IMG/VR virus record: IMGVR_UViG_3300009285_001996
Strand: one strand, 5' to 3'
Source: a virus
Length of the DNA stretch: 64,000 nt
Shown here: positions 36,446 to 46,879 of the stretch, piece by piece
Layout of the letters: the number at the start of each line of letters is the position of its first letter
Numbering within the stretch: position 1 is the stretch's first letter
Position numbers and translations under genes: made by a program
The notes under the pieces: generated by a model
The model's input: only the letters and a program-made list of their open reading frames with translations
Databases searched by the model: none
What the model was told of the DNA's origin: nothing

Positions 36446-37105
36446 ATGGACATTAAACTGTGGCAGGGCGACTGTTTGGTACAAATGAAAAAAATACCAG
36501 ATAAAAGTATTAACTTAATCCTAACAGACATTCCTTACAACGAAGTAAATAGAAAATCTAATGGGCTACGCAATTTAGACAAAGGTGCGGCTGACGTTTT
36601 AACATTTAACTTACATGATTTTTTAGTACAGTGCAACAGGGTTTGTAGCGGCACTATATATATATTTTGTGGAACAGAGCAAGTAAGTGAGATTAGAAAA
36701 ACGCTAGCGCAATTTGGATTATCTACTCGACATTGCGTGTGGGAAAAAATTTCGCCTTCGCCAATGAATGGACAATATATTTGGTTATCATCTATCGAGA
36801 ATTGTATATTTGCTAAAAACAAGGGGGCAACATTCAACGAGCATTGTAAAAGTAGTGTGTGGAGATTTTCTAGTAGTAGGAATAAACAACACCCTACAGA
36901 AAAACCAATTAAATTATTTGAGTATTTAGTTAGTACATCTAGTAATAGTGGTGATTTAGTTTTAGACCCATGTATGGGTGGAGGTACTAGTGGGGTAGCT
37001 TGCAAAAAATTAGGCAGGAGGTTTATAGGGGTTGAACTAGATCAAGCATACTTTGATGCCGCAAAACAAAGAATAGACAACACACAATACAATAACGGGA
37101 ATTGA
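36446..37105 (+). CDS. N4/N6 DNA methyltransferase (beta class)
   Basis: ILTDIPY, HPTEKP, VLDPCMGGGT. Confidence 0.9.
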   Translation: MDIKLWQGDCLVQMKKIPDKSINLILTDIPYNEVNRKSNGLRNLDKGAADVLTFNLHDFLVQCNRVCSGTIYIFCGTEQVSEIRKTLAQFGLSTRHCVWEKISPSPMNGQYIWLSSIENCIFAKNKGATFNEHCKSSVWRFSSSRNKQHPTEKPIKLFEYLVSTSSNSGDLVLDPCMGGGTSGVACKKLGRRFIGVELDQAYFDAAKQRIDNTQYNNGN

Positions 37106-37138
37106 CTTTTAGTTAAATTAGGATGGGAATTAAATAAT

Positions 37139-38221
37139 GTGGATTACTTCCAGGAAAGACTTAACGAATTAAACGAATTATGTTGTGATAGAATTGATGA
37201 TTTGCTTATTAGGTTGGGAGTAGAGTATAAAAGAATAGGTAGAAGAATAGTAGGATGTTGCCCACTTCATAATAGTGATAATAATTCTGGATGGAATTTA
37301 TATGACTCAGGCAATAGTCGTCGCGGGAACTATGTATGCTATTCCGCGCAATGTGAAAAAAAGTTCGGAAATAACATAATAGGATTAACTAGGGGTATTT
37401 TAACAAGAAAAAGTCGAGGCGATATATCATTTAATACGTCGGTATTATATCTGTGTGAATTTCTCGGCTATAAATCCCTACAGGAAATTCCCCTACCAGA
37501 TAAACAAACATTAAAACGACGAAAAGATGACTCTATATATACAAGGTTAAATGTGGTGCCAGAACATGAAGTCAAGGGGTGGGCGAGGTCACAAATACGC
37601 TCCAAGTTAGAAATTCCAGCCCCCTATTATCTAGCGCGGGGATATAGCAGGGAAATCCTAGATAAGTATGATATTGGGTATTCCGCGAAATTGAATAAAG
37701 TTATCGTGCCGTGTTATGATAATGATTACAAAAGGTGTATCGGTTGGATGGAGCGGGCGATAGATGGTGGCCTACCAAAATGGAAGTGTTCGGACGGATT
37801 TGAGAAAAGTAATTATTTGTATAACTATTGGTTCGCCCGTGAGAGACTTTATAGTAAATCTAATAGAGAGGACACCATTGTCATCGTGGAAGGAATAGGG
37901 GATGTTTTACGACTAGAGCAGTGTGGAATACATAATAGTATTGCATTACTTGGTATAAATCTTAGTAATTGTCAACAATCTATAATTGAAATGAGTAGGG
38001 CTCTGAATTTAATTATGCTTTTAGATAATGACGCGGCTGGAATTATTGCGTCTGAGCAAATAAAGAAAAAACTTGGAAGACAATTTAGATTATATTTTTT
38101 GAATGAGAAAATACAAGGTGGTAAAGACATAGGTGAGTGCTTAAATACAGACGAGATCACAAATGAAATTAAACAAATTATTATAACTATTAAAAATAAA
38201 TACAACTATGACAAAACATGA
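37139..38221 (+). CDS. dnaG: DNA primase
   Basis: CPLH..C..C zinc finger; TOPRIM IVEGIGD, LDNDAAG, KDIGE. Confidence 0.88.
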   Translation: MDYFQERLNELNELCCDRIDDLLIRLGVEYKRIGRRIVGCCPLHNSDNNSGWNLYDSGNSRRGNYVCYSAQCEKKFGNNIIGLTRGILTRKSRGDISFNTSVLYLCEFLGYKSLQEIPLPDKQTLKRRKDDSIYTRLNVVPEHEVKGWARSQIRSKLEIPAPYYLARGYSREILDKYDIGYSAKLNKVIVPCYDNDYKRCIGWMERAIDGGLPKWKCSDGFEKSNYLYNYWFARERLYSKSNREDTIVIVEGIGDVLRLEQCGIHNSIALLGINLSNCQQSIIEMSRALNLIMLLDNDAAGIIASEQIKKKLGRQFRLYFLNEKIQGGKDIGECLNTDEITNEIKQIIITIKNKYNYDKT

Positions 38222-39455
38222 ACAAATAATAAAAAATAATAAAATAATGTCATTTTGGGATTTTGAAAGAAATACATTAGACCCAAATACTACAACGTGT
38301 CGCAGTAGAAAAATAATGTGTTGTAAATGCCGCTTAGGGCATATATGGGATGCTCCTGTATATAGTGTGGCAAGATATAAAGGTATTGGTTGTCCATATT
38401 GTTTAAATCATAAAGTTTTAAAAGGGTTCAACGATTTACAAACAACACATCCGGACATAGCTTCAGAATTTCATCCGGTAAAAAACATTGGTAAATCACC
38501 AGATATGTTTACACGCAACTCTAGAGAGAAAATATGGTGGCTTGGTAAATGTGGACATGAATGGCTAGCATCAATATATACAAGAACTCATGGACGTAAT
38601 TGTCATTATTGTAACTCACACAAAATTTTAATTGGCTTCAACGATTTACCAACGGTAAGACATGATATAGTTTTACAATGGCACCCAACGAAAAATGGTG
38701 ATTTAAAACCAGAGAATTTTGCACAATTTAGTTGCTCAAGAATATGGTGGATGGATGAATTTATGCACGAGTGGGTTGCGACAATTCAGTCTAGAAGTCG
38801 TGGTAAGAAATGCCCATATTGTTCCAATAAAAAAATATTGATTGGTTTTAATGACTTAGCTACAACACACCCTAAACTTGCCGATGAATGGTCAGATAAA
38901 AACACAATTAAATCAACAGATGTTACATATGGATACTCTAAAGACATTATATGGGAATGTCATTTGTGTGGATTTGGGTGGATTACAACAGTAAATAGTA
39001 GAACAAATAACTACAAACCAACCGGGTGCCCACGGTGTAATGCAAGTAAATTAGAAAAAGAAACGTCTAATATCTTGCAACGTTGTGGATATATATTAAT
39101 AGATAGAAATGATTATGAACCACATAAATATTCTAAATTAAAAATATATATGCAAGAAAAGGGTTTTGATAATTGCAAAAACAAGAAACGGTTGCGATTT
39201 GATTTTTGGCTGCCAAACGAAAATACACTTATAGAATGTCAGGGCATACAGCATTATAAAAAAGAATGTTTGAGAAAAATTGGTGAGAATGACACCATAT
39301 TTAACGTAGAAAAATTGGATAAAATTATTAAACACGATAAAATAAAAAAGCGTTTTTGTAAAAAAGAAAGAATAAAACTTATAGAGATAAAATACGATCA
39401 AATTGACCGCATTGAAGAAATACTAATTAAAGAACTAGGTTTAACTGAAAGGTAA
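38208..39455 (+). CDS. repeated Zn-ribbon (DUF4379-type) plus PD-(D/E)XK endonuclease, homing-endonuclease-like
   Basis: Four CGHEW/CPYC..GFNDL repeats; FDFWLP..IECQGIQHY; paralogue of 35494-36444. Confidence 0.8.
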   Translation: MTKHEQIIKNNKIMSFWDFERNTLDPNTTTCRSRKIMCCKCRLGHIWDAPVYSVARYKGIGCPYCLNHKVLKGFNDLQTTHPDIASEFHPVKNIGKSPDMFTRNSREKIWWLGKCGHEWLASIYTRTHGRNCHYCNSHKILIGFNDLPTVRHDIVLQWHPTKNGDLKPENFAQFSCSRIWWMDEFMHEWVATIQSRSRGKKCPYCSNKKILIGFNDLATTHPKLADEWSDKNTIKSTDVTYGYSKDIIWECHLCGFGWITTVNSRTNNYKPTGCPRCNASKLEKETSNILQRCGYILIDRNDYEPHKYSKLKIYMQEKGFDNCKNKKRLRFDFWLPNENTLIECQGIQHYKKECLRKIGENDTIFNVEKLDKIIKHDKIKKRFCKKERIKLIEIKYDQIDRIEEILIKELGLTER

Positions 39456-39459
39456 AATA

Positions 39460-40254
39460 ATGACTAAGATTCTTGGTCTAAGTGGAAGGAAACAAGCCGG
39501 TAAGTCATCGGCATCATCATGTTTGGTGGCCGCCTCCCTCGGTGGGGTTGGCTTTGACTGTAAAGTAGACGAACAAGGTAAATTATTAGTATACAGCGAT
39601 GATATTCAAGGATATGGAATGCTCGACTTAGATAGTAGAAGGGCTGATGTCAAAGGGTTTCTTGAGCAGGAAGTGTGGGGTATGATTAAGTTGTATAGTT
39701 TTGCCGATTCTCTCAAAGAATTTTGTGTGAATATGTTTAATTTAAGCGAACGACAGGCGTGGGGGACAGATGCCCAAAAGAACTCGCTCACTAATGTTCG
39801 TTGGGAAAATATACCTGGAGTTATTTGTGATAAAAAGTTATACGAACAATTAAAAGAGGTTAATACAGATGTAGATAATTATCTGTATTACCATATTAGA
39901 GGTAAGATGACGGGGAGGGAGGTGCTTCAATTTTTCGGCACAAATGTATGCAGGAAAATCTATGGGGATTGTTGGGTAAATGCCACACTAAAGCGCATTA
40001 TGGTTGAGCAACCCGCGTTTGCCGTCATTATTGATTTGCGATTTCCCAACGAGGTAGATGGTGTAAAGGTGGCTGGTGGAAAAGTCATTAGATTAACTCG
40101 GGCACCATTTACTGATGATGAACATGAAAGTGAAAAAGCATTAGATCACTATACTGGATTTGATTTTGTGCTTGATAATTCTAATATGGACATATGTACC
40201 CAAGCAAAAGAAATAGAAGAATTATTACTAGAATGGGGATGGATTACCAAATGA
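39460..40254 (+). CDS. deoxynucleoside monophosphate kinase
   Basis: GRKQAGKS P-loop, SFADSLK, REVLQFFGT, DLRFPNE, HESE. Confidence 0.88.
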   Translation: MTKILGLSGRKQAGKSSASSCLVAASLGGVGFDCKVDEQGKLLVYSDDIQGYGMLDLDSRRADVKGFLEQEVWGMIKLYSFADSLKEFCVNMFNLSERQAWGTDAQKNSLTNVRWENIPGVICDKKLYEQLKEVNTDVDNYLYYHIRGKMTGREVLQFFGTNVCRKIYGDCWVNATLKRIMVEQPAFAVIIDLRFPNEVDGVKVAGGKVIRLTRAPFTDDEHESEKALDHYTGFDFVLDNSNMDICTQAKEIEELLLEWGWITK

Positions 40255-40493
40255 GAATATTTTATAAATTAAGGGTTATTATTAAAAAATTAGCATGTAA
40301 ACACATGTTATTAATAGAATTTTGTCATACTTGTGGTAGAAAACAACCGTTAGTTTGGACATCTTCAGATGAATTATGGGAAGAATTGACTGGTGGACCT
40401 AATGGTATATTGTGTCCAGAGTGTTTTGATAAATTAGCAACAAGTAAAAAGGTTTTTATATACTGGAAAGCCGAGTTTAGATATAGGTTTTAA
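40251..40493 (+). CDS. hypothetical Zn-binding protein
   Basis: CHTC...LW...LCPEC. Confidence 0.55.
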   Translation: MRIFYKLRVIIKKLACKHMLLIEFCHTCGRKQPLVWTSSDELWEELTGGPNGILCPECFDKLATSKKVFIYWKAEFRYRF

Positions 40494-40670
40494 TAGTGCG
40501 CAAGTTTTGGTTATCATGTAATAAGTTCACTATTTTTATAAACATTGACGATAATAATATAATCACAGATGCCTCGCCTATCGTGAAAAATTTGTTGGGC
40601 AAAACGCTACGAATTTGCGGAAGTGGATGGAAAAGATAGGGGGCTTAATAATAAAAGAGTTAAAATAATA

Positions 40671-41657
40671 ATGGATATAAACTATTTTCGCTCGTCTAGC
40701 TATAATTGTTATGAAATGTGTCCACAGCAATACTTTCTTAGCTATGTATTGGCTGTGCCACAAGACACGAACCACAAAGCAAGTTTAGGAAGCTGTACGC
40801 ATAAGATACTGGAGTGTTTAGGGAATATAAAGTTAGAATTACAGCATGAAAAACATAGTGGGGAAATTACCGATGATAGTTTAGGTATTATATCATGGAG
40901 TGAAGACGCATTTTATACCGATGATTTTACCTATATGTTAGTGGATAAATCGTTCGATTACTTTTCTACTCACTCTGAAAACATATGGACGGAAACCGAC
41001 AAAAAGGACATTTGGAATTGGTGTAAGATTGTCCTTAATGATAAAAACTTTGACCCCAGATATCGCACTATTGTTGAAGCCGAACAGTATTTTGATGTGC
41101 CACTAGAGTTACCGTGGGCTAAATTACCCAATGGAGATTACCTACGTCTAAAAGGCACAATTGATCTAGTGACACAAGTAGATAAAACTATCGAAGTTAT
41201 AGATTGGAAGACCTCACAAAAAAGGATGAATTGGTCAAACTTTACCGAAAAAACATATGCTGATTTCCAAAAAGACCCACAATTATTATTGTATTTTCGT
41301 GCGATTAGTAAATTATATCCAGACAAAACTATACTAATAACAGTGTATTATATTAGGCACGGGGGCGGATTTACTTTAGCATTTACCGACAAAGATATAG
41401 GGTTGATTGAGCATTTATTAGAACAGCAATTCCTCAACATAACTTCCTGCCAAAATCCCAGCCTGAAAGATGGCGGAAACGGTCGATTTTGTAAATACAT
41501 ATGTTCATATGGGAAGAACCGATCTAAATACGACCCATCCATGAGTGAATGTCAATTTTTCCATAGGGAAGTAAACACGGTTGGGATTGACGCCGTGGTT
41601 AGACGCTACACAGATAATTCCCATTCGCTAGATCATTACGAAGAACCAGGAAAGTAG
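40671..41657 (+). CDS. Cas4/RecB-like PD-(D/E)XK exonuclease
   Basis: SSYNCYEMCP, GSCTH, LKGTIDL..VIDWKT, QLLLY, C-terminal Cys cluster. Confidence 0.85.
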   Translation: MDINYFRSSSYNCYEMCPQQYFLSYVLAVPQDTNHKASLGSCTHKILECLGNIKLELQHEKHSGEITDDSLGIISWSEDAFYTDDFTYMLVDKSFDYFSTHSENIWTETDKKDIWNWCKIVLNDKNFDPRYRTIVEAEQYFDVPLELPWAKLPNGDYLRLKGTIDLVTQVDKTIEVIDWKTSQKRMNWSNFTEKTYADFQKDPQLLLYFRAISKLYPDKTILITVYYIRHGGGFTLAFTDKDIGLIEHLLEQQFLNITSCQNPSLKDGGNGRFCKYICSYGKNRSKYDPSMSECQFFHREVNTVGIDAVVRRYTDNSHSLDHYEEPGK

Positions 41658-41691
41658 TGTGAGATAGCAAAGGAAAGGTTGGAGAAAGAAA

Positions 41692-42240
41692 ATGCCATAT
41701 AAAAAATGTAAAAGTTGTGGTAAAGAAAATGGAGTTCGCACCAAAATGTGTGAATGTGGTAAACCATTCCATATACCACTTCCCACTGGAGATAAGGGCG
41801 TAGCTGGTCATATAGGATATCCGCCAGAGGGAACGGTTAAGCCACCACCACCACCACCACCTCCACCATTTGAATTACAAATTATATGTAATGACAAGAC
41901 GATAAATTCTGGTAAGATAGTAGGGGGCAGAAAACCGCCGAAACCAGATAGAGAAGTAGGTGGGGGCAAGCCTCCAAAACCCGACAAAATAGTGATAGGT
42001 GTTGGGTCTTCGACCTGGGAACGTCCTAAAGGGATGCCCGAACCATTCGAGCCAGAACCAATCCCACGAGACAGACAGCTTTCCAAAGAGGAAGTGTGTC
42101 GGTATGTAGAATTTGAGGGGTTGGGTTTTTGCATATATACATTAGTGCCAGCCTCTAAAATTGAGGACGAAAAGTTACGCTCACTATGGATGTTAGCGCG
42201 AAAGTCAATGCAGGAAATAATAGGGTATTTGTATGACTGA
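41692..42240 (+). CDS. Zn-finger, Pro-rich hypothetical protein
   Basis: CKSC..CECG, poly-Pro, duplicated GG(R/G)KPPKPD. Confidence 0.6.
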   Translation: MPYKKCKSCGKENGVRTKMCECGKPFHIPLPTGDKGVAGHIGYPPEGTVKPPPPPPPPPFELQIICNDKTINSGKIVGGRKPPKPDREVGGGKPPKPDKIVIGVGSSTWERPKGMPEPFEPEPIPRDRQLSKEEVCRYVEFEGLGFCIYTLVPASKIEDEKLRSLWMLARKSMQEIIGYLYD

Positions 42241-42521
42241 ACAGCAACAACAACCAGAAGCGGTCATTGCTGTTAAGCATGAAGATTGTGGTGGGTGTGG
42301 AATTATGATCTGGTTTATACTATTTGTTATATAAGTTAATCGCGCATATTGAGCCAGAATTTGAAGATGCCAAGGGGTTATGCACAATTTTATGGCTGGG
42401 TGCTCCAGTTACGATTTTTGTATTAGTATTTATGTTAATAATAGTAATTTTAGGGAATTATGTATTACCAGTAGTGGAGAACTTACTATAACCCAACGCT
42501 AGCTAAGGAGGTGGTAACATA

Positions 42522-42830
42522 ATGTTTGGTAAAGACTACATTATCGACTATCAAGATGGGGAAATCAGCGTTCTTAAAGATATAATAAAAAGACTAGAAA
42601 AGAAAATTAGAGAACTTAATCTAACACTAAACCCCATATATTGTCCAATGTGTGGGTCGTGCGGCGAAGAGGGGTGTTGTGGAAAAGATCGTTGTTTATA
42701 TCCACAAGATAAGCCTGAGACGATTAGAGAGTTGGATAGGTGTAGAGCTAAATTGGATGGCAGGAAAAATACTATTAAAAGATTGTTGAAACATAGGTGT
42801 TGTCTAATAGGCAAAAGGCGGTTAGTATGA
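42522..42830 (+). CDS. hypothetical Cys-rich protein
   Basis: YCPMCGSCGEEGCC; GGAGG RBS. Confidence 0.6.
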   Translation: MFGKDYIIDYQDGEISVLKDIIKRLEKKIRELNLTLNPIYCPMCGSCGEEGCCGKDRCLYPQDKPETIRELDRCRAKLDGRKNTIKRLLKHRCCLIGKRRLV

Positions 42831-43027
42831 AGTACGACATTTATTTTACACTGCAATCTCCAGTAAAGACAATCGAATTACCAAATGTTGAAAATCCGGT
42901 GGAATCAGAAAATCTACTTACCGTACTGCAAACGATAACGGAAAATTTCCCCCAGATTGGTTTCGGCGTGGAGGTTGTTGGAATAAGGGTGGCGGTTTAC
43001 AGGACAAACGACAGTTATGCGCACTAG
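42827..43027 (+). CDS. hypothetical protein
   Basis: ATGA overlap with the previous gene. Confidence 0.5.
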   Translation: MKYDIYFTLQSPVKTIELPNVENPVESENLLTVLQTITENFPQIGFGVEVVGIRVAVYRTNDSYAH

Positions 43028-43060
43028 CTATTACAATAACATTTTCCGAGTGGCTTGGTG

Positions 43061-44257
43061 ATGGGTAAATCAAAATACGACGATATATTAACAAAGGAGT
43101 TTTTGGAAGAAGAATATATCAATAAAAATCTAGCAGCTAAAACCGTTGGGTTAAATATAGGATGCTCTGCCGGCATCGTGCTAAAATTTGTAAAAAAATT
43201 CAAGCTAAAAAAGACACATTGTAAACAATATTGCAAGCACTGTGACAAAATAACAAAAGAATATTTGCACAAAGAATATATTACAAATTGTAGGAGTCCA
43301 CACGACATAGCTAAAGAAATGGATGTTGATGCGCACATAATTTATACTTATTTAAAAATATACGGCATCAAACAACAAGATAGAACCGGGCAGATTGGAC
43401 CAAATCAACGGTTTAATAATTTGGTTACAATTGAAGTAGTTGGTAAAACAAAAAATGGGACATTCGTTTGGCTTTGCAGGTGCGATTGCGGGAATTTGAC
43501 AAAAGTATCCACATCACAATTAAAAAATGGAACTATTAAATCGTGTGGATGTAATCGTCACAAAAAGGGGGAACAACACCATAAATGGAAGGGGTATGGC
43601 GAAATTTCTGGGGATCAATGGTCAGGTATTAAATTTTGTGCTAAAAATAGAAACATAAATTTTGATATTAAAATTGAAGATTGCTGGGAATTATATTTGT
43701 CGCAAAACAAAACATGCGCCATTTCTGGATTAGAAATAGGTTTTGCTGATAACACAGCCTCTCTCGATAGAATAAATAGTGACTATAGTTATATGGAGTC
43801 TAATATTCAATGGGTCCACAAAGATATTAACAAAATAAAATTCAATTTACAACAAGACAAATTTATTGGTATGTGTGCATTAGTAACAAATCCAATAAAA
43901 ACACGATATAATATACCAGACAATATATACATACACAAGTCGTTTATTAAAAGTATTAAGCATAACGCCAAAAAGCGAGATTTAGAATACTCTATTAACA
44001 CGGACTATTTAATATCCTTATACAAACAACAAGGTGGAGCGTGTGCGTATACTGGTATATGTATTACGCTACCAATTAGTGGTACAATGTATCGTAGTAG
44101 ACTATTTACGGCTTCATTGGATAGAATTGATAGTAAAAATGGATACGTGGAAAATAATTTACAGTGGGTTTACAGATATATTAATGTGAGTAAAAGAGAT
44201 TTTTCGGAATATAGGTATTTAGAATTATGTAAAATGGTAGCCGAATACAATAAATAA
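43061..44257 (+). CDS. free-standing HNH-type homing endonuclease-like protein with two nuclease modules
   Basis: Two HTH-like repeats, WLCRCDCG..KSCGC, and two CA(I/Y)(S/T)G...SLDRI(N/D)S...N(I/L)QWV..IN..K modules. Confidence 0.75.
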   Translation: MGKSKYDDILTKEFLEEEYINKNLAAKTVGLNIGCSAGIVLKFVKKFKLKKTHCKQYCKHCDKITKEYLHKEYITNCRSPHDIAKEMDVDAHIIYTYLKIYGIKQQDRTGQIGPNQRFNNLVTIEVVGKTKNGTFVWLCRCDCGNLTKVSTSQLKNGTIKSCGCNRHKKGEQHHKWKGYGEISGDQWSGIKFCAKNRNINFDIKIEDCWELYLSQNKTCAISGLEIGFADNTASLDRINSDYSYMESNIQWVHKDINKIKFNLQQDKFIGMCALVTNPIKTRYNIPDNIYIHKSFIKSIKHNAKKRDLEYSINTDYLISLYKQQGGACAYTGICITLPISGTMYRSRLFTASLDRIDSKNGYVENNLQWVYRYINVSKRDFSEYRYLELCKMVAEYNK

Positions 44258-44274
44258 ATAGTGTTAATATAATA

Positions 44275-46200
44275 ATGAAACAAATAGCTATTTTGCATGC
44301 TCATAGTGATTTTAGTTTGCTAGATTCTATCGCCAAACCCAAACAAATCTACAAGCGATGCCAAGAAATTGGAGCTTCAGCTTGTGCGATAACCGACCAC
44401 GGCACCATCTGTGGCAGCGTTCAGTTTAATACTATATTCAAAGATATTAAACCCATAATTGGTGTGGAGGCATATTGTTGTAATAATGTTAGTAACAAAG
44501 ACAATAGGGATTTCGCCCATCTGGTTGTGTTAGCCAAAAATTACGATGGATATATAGACCTATGTAAACTTACTTCAGCATCTAACTTACCAGAAAATTT
44601 CTACTATAAGCCAAGGGTTGATCTAAATTTACTGAGAGCGTATTGTAGGGGAAACTGGATAGCGTTTTCGGGACACGCTGGCTCCCACCTATTTAATTCC
44701 ATATTTGATAATCTTCCTGCCGTTTACAATGCTAGCCTGGAAAGTTCAATCAAAAAGTTGGTATCACCAGATGCGGTTGCTCGCACATCAAAATTAGCGT
44801 TAGAACTACAGGACATTTTCGGCGTTGGCAATTTCTACATTGAAATCCAACTTATCGACGAGTGTAATATAGCAGGGAAAGTAGGGGTAGAAGTATTGAG
44901 AGAGGTTTCCCGCAAGGTTGGCATTCCATGTGTGGCGACCCCAGATTCCCATTATTGTTATAGAAAAGACGCCGTTAACCAGCGTGTACTATTATGCACC
45001 AACATGCACACCACCCTACGGGAAGTCCAAAATAAGATGGTGCGGGGCGAAGATGTGGGAATGGGGGCTTTTTTTCGCACCGACTCTTACCACATTCCAG
45101 AATATAGCGAAATGGTGGCGGCTGGAAATACAGAGGGGGAACTAGAAAACACATTAAGGATAGCGGACGCCTGTGAGCGGTACGACTTAACTCGCCCCCC
45201 TTCTCCTGCTAAATTTCCCACACCGAACGGCATTTCTCCCGAAGAATATTTAACCGAGTTATGTAGGCAAGGTTACAAGGATAAATTACCACTAATTAAA
45301 AAGGTAATGGAAAAGAAGGGATTAACTAAGGAGGATTACGGAAATAGGTTTAGGCATGAATTAGAAGTAATTAAGGAGGCTGGTTTAAGTGACTACTTTC
45401 TAACAGTTAGAGATATTGTACAATATGCTATTAATGATGGACAACTTGTTGGTCCAGCTAGAGGATCATCAGCAGGAAGTCTAATAGCTTATTTGTGTGG
45501 AATTACAAAACTTTGTCCGTTAGAATATAATTTATTGTTTGAGAGGTTCTACAATAAAGCTCGTAAGGGGGCGATGCCGGACATCGACTCAGACTACATG
45601 ACTGGAGAGCATGGTCGGGATAAAGTAATACAATATATTAGATATAGATATGGTAGGGATAAAGTAAGCAATATTGCGACATATGGTAGGATGCAAGGTA
45701 GATCGGTATTAAAAGATGTCCTAAGATCATTTGAGGCTTGTTCGTTCGAGGAGATGGGGAGAATTACGGAATTTATTAGCGATGAGGGCAGTATATCAGA
45801 AAAACTTTTGGAAATGAGGGAGGCAGACAAAGAAAGCGGCGGCGACGGCGAAGCTAGTATTATTGATTACTGTTTAGATACTTATCCAAAAGAGTTAAGT
45901 GAGTGGTGCTATAAAGACGATGATGGTAATTTACAAGGTCCATTAGCTAAAAAATTCCAAGTCGCAGTATCTTTAGAGGGGACTAAACGATCTCAAGGGA
46001 AACATGCTGGTGGAGTTGTTATTTCAGATCATCCACTATCTGAACTAGTTCCAATGATTAGAGACAAGGATGGTAATGAACTAATAGCTGGACTAGAAAT
46101 GTCAGATATTGAAAAAAGAGGTTTAATAAAGCTAGATATCCTTGGTGTTAACGCCCTTAATAAACTTAGGTCTATAGAAAGGTTGGTTAATGAATTATAA
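44275..46200 (+). CDS. dnaE: DNA polymerase III alpha, N-terminal part (PHP plus palm)
   Basis: HAHSDFSLLD, ITDHG, DSHY, GPARGSSAGS, PDIDSD, HAGGVVIS, KLDILG. Confidence 0.92.
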   Translation: MKQIAILHAHSDFSLLDSIAKPKQIYKRCQEIGASACAITDHGTICGSVQFNTIFKDIKPIIGVEAYCCNNVSNKDNRDFAHLVVLAKNYDGYIDLCKLTSASNLPENFYYKPRVDLNLLRAYCRGNWIAFSGHAGSHLFNSIFDNLPAVYNASLESSIKKLVSPDAVARTSKLALELQDIFGVGNFYIEIQLIDECNIAGKVGVEVLREVSRKVGIPCVATPDSHYCYRKDAVNQRVLLCTNMHTTLREVQNKMVRGEDVGMGAFFRTDSYHIPEYSEMVAAGNTEGELENTLRIADACERYDLTRPPSPAKFPTPNGISPEEYLTELCRQGYKDKLPLIKKVMEKKGLTKEDYGNRFRHELEVIKEAGLSDYFLTVRDIVQYAINDGQLVGPARGSSAGSLIAYLCGITKLCPLEYNLLFERFYNKARKGAMPDIDSDYMTGEHGRDKVIQYIRYRYGRDKVSNIATYGRMQGRSVLKDVLRSFEACSFEEMGRITEFISDEGSISEKLLEMREADKESGGDGEASIIDYCLDTYPKELSEWCYKDDDGNLQGPLAKKFQVAVSLEGTKRSQGKHAGGVVISDHPLSELVPMIRDKDGNELIAGLEMSDIEKRGLIKLDILGVNALNKLRSIERLVNEL

Positions 46201-46879
46201 TACATTTTGCGTTTTTGATTTCGAGACAGGTGGAAGAAACCCACATACCTGCGAAATATTACAAATTGGGGCAATTATGGTTTGTGAGCGAACACTAACC
46301 AGACTGTCTAGTTTTACATCATTTGTTAAACCTCATAATATGGACACTGTAGAGGATGACGCTCTAAAAGTAAATGGTATAAGCAGGGAAATGCTGGATG
46401 GATTGAGTGAAGCCTTTTATCCAGAGGTTATTTGGGCAAAGTTTTCAGCGTGGGTAAATAAATACAATAAGAGTAAGGGGGCTCCATCTCCATATAATGC
46501 CCCTATTCAGTGTGGATTTAATACAATAAATTTCGATATGACAATTTTGCGACGTTATTGTAAACTATATGGACCTTGGGATTTAAAAAATGAAGACCAA
46601 AAATTGTTTAATCAAGTGTATAAAATAGACGTTATGGATTTGGTATGGTTGTGGTTCGAGCATTCTAATGCAGTGGAGAATTTGCGATTGACGACCATCG
46701 CCAAACATTTGGGGGTGGAAGAACGGCGATTAGAAAAAGCCCACGACGCTTTAGTAGATTGTGAATACTGCGCTGACATTATAATTGAGTATTTACGCAG
46801 AAGTAGGCTTAAATTACCAAGTATGAATTATATGAAGGATATGTTGAAGCCTAAATCAAACGAGGTTGTCAATGAGTAA
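46190..46879 (+). CDS. DEDDh 3'-5' exonuclease (DnaQ/epsilon-like)
   Basis: VFDFETGG, GFNTINFD, AHDALVD. Confidence 0.88.
   Translation: MNYNTFCVFDFETGGRNPHTCEILQIGAIMVCERTLTRLSSFTSFVKPHNMDTVEDDALKVNGISREMLDGLSEAFYPEVIWAKFSAWVNKYNKSKGAPSPYNAPIQCGFNTINFDMTILRRYCKLYGPWDLKNEDQKLFNQVYKIDVMDLVWLWFEHSNAVENLRLTTIAKHLGVEERRLEKAHDALVDCEYCADIIIEYLRRSRLKLPSMNYMKDMLKPKSNEVVNE

Noticed and set aside
40545-40563. TTGACG...TATAAT promoter
   Set aside because: The spacing of about 7 bp is far too short.
40671-41657. Cas4-like gene as part of the guide system
   Set aside because: It is 32 kb away in the replication module; Cas4/RecB-like exonucleases are common stand-alone phage genes.
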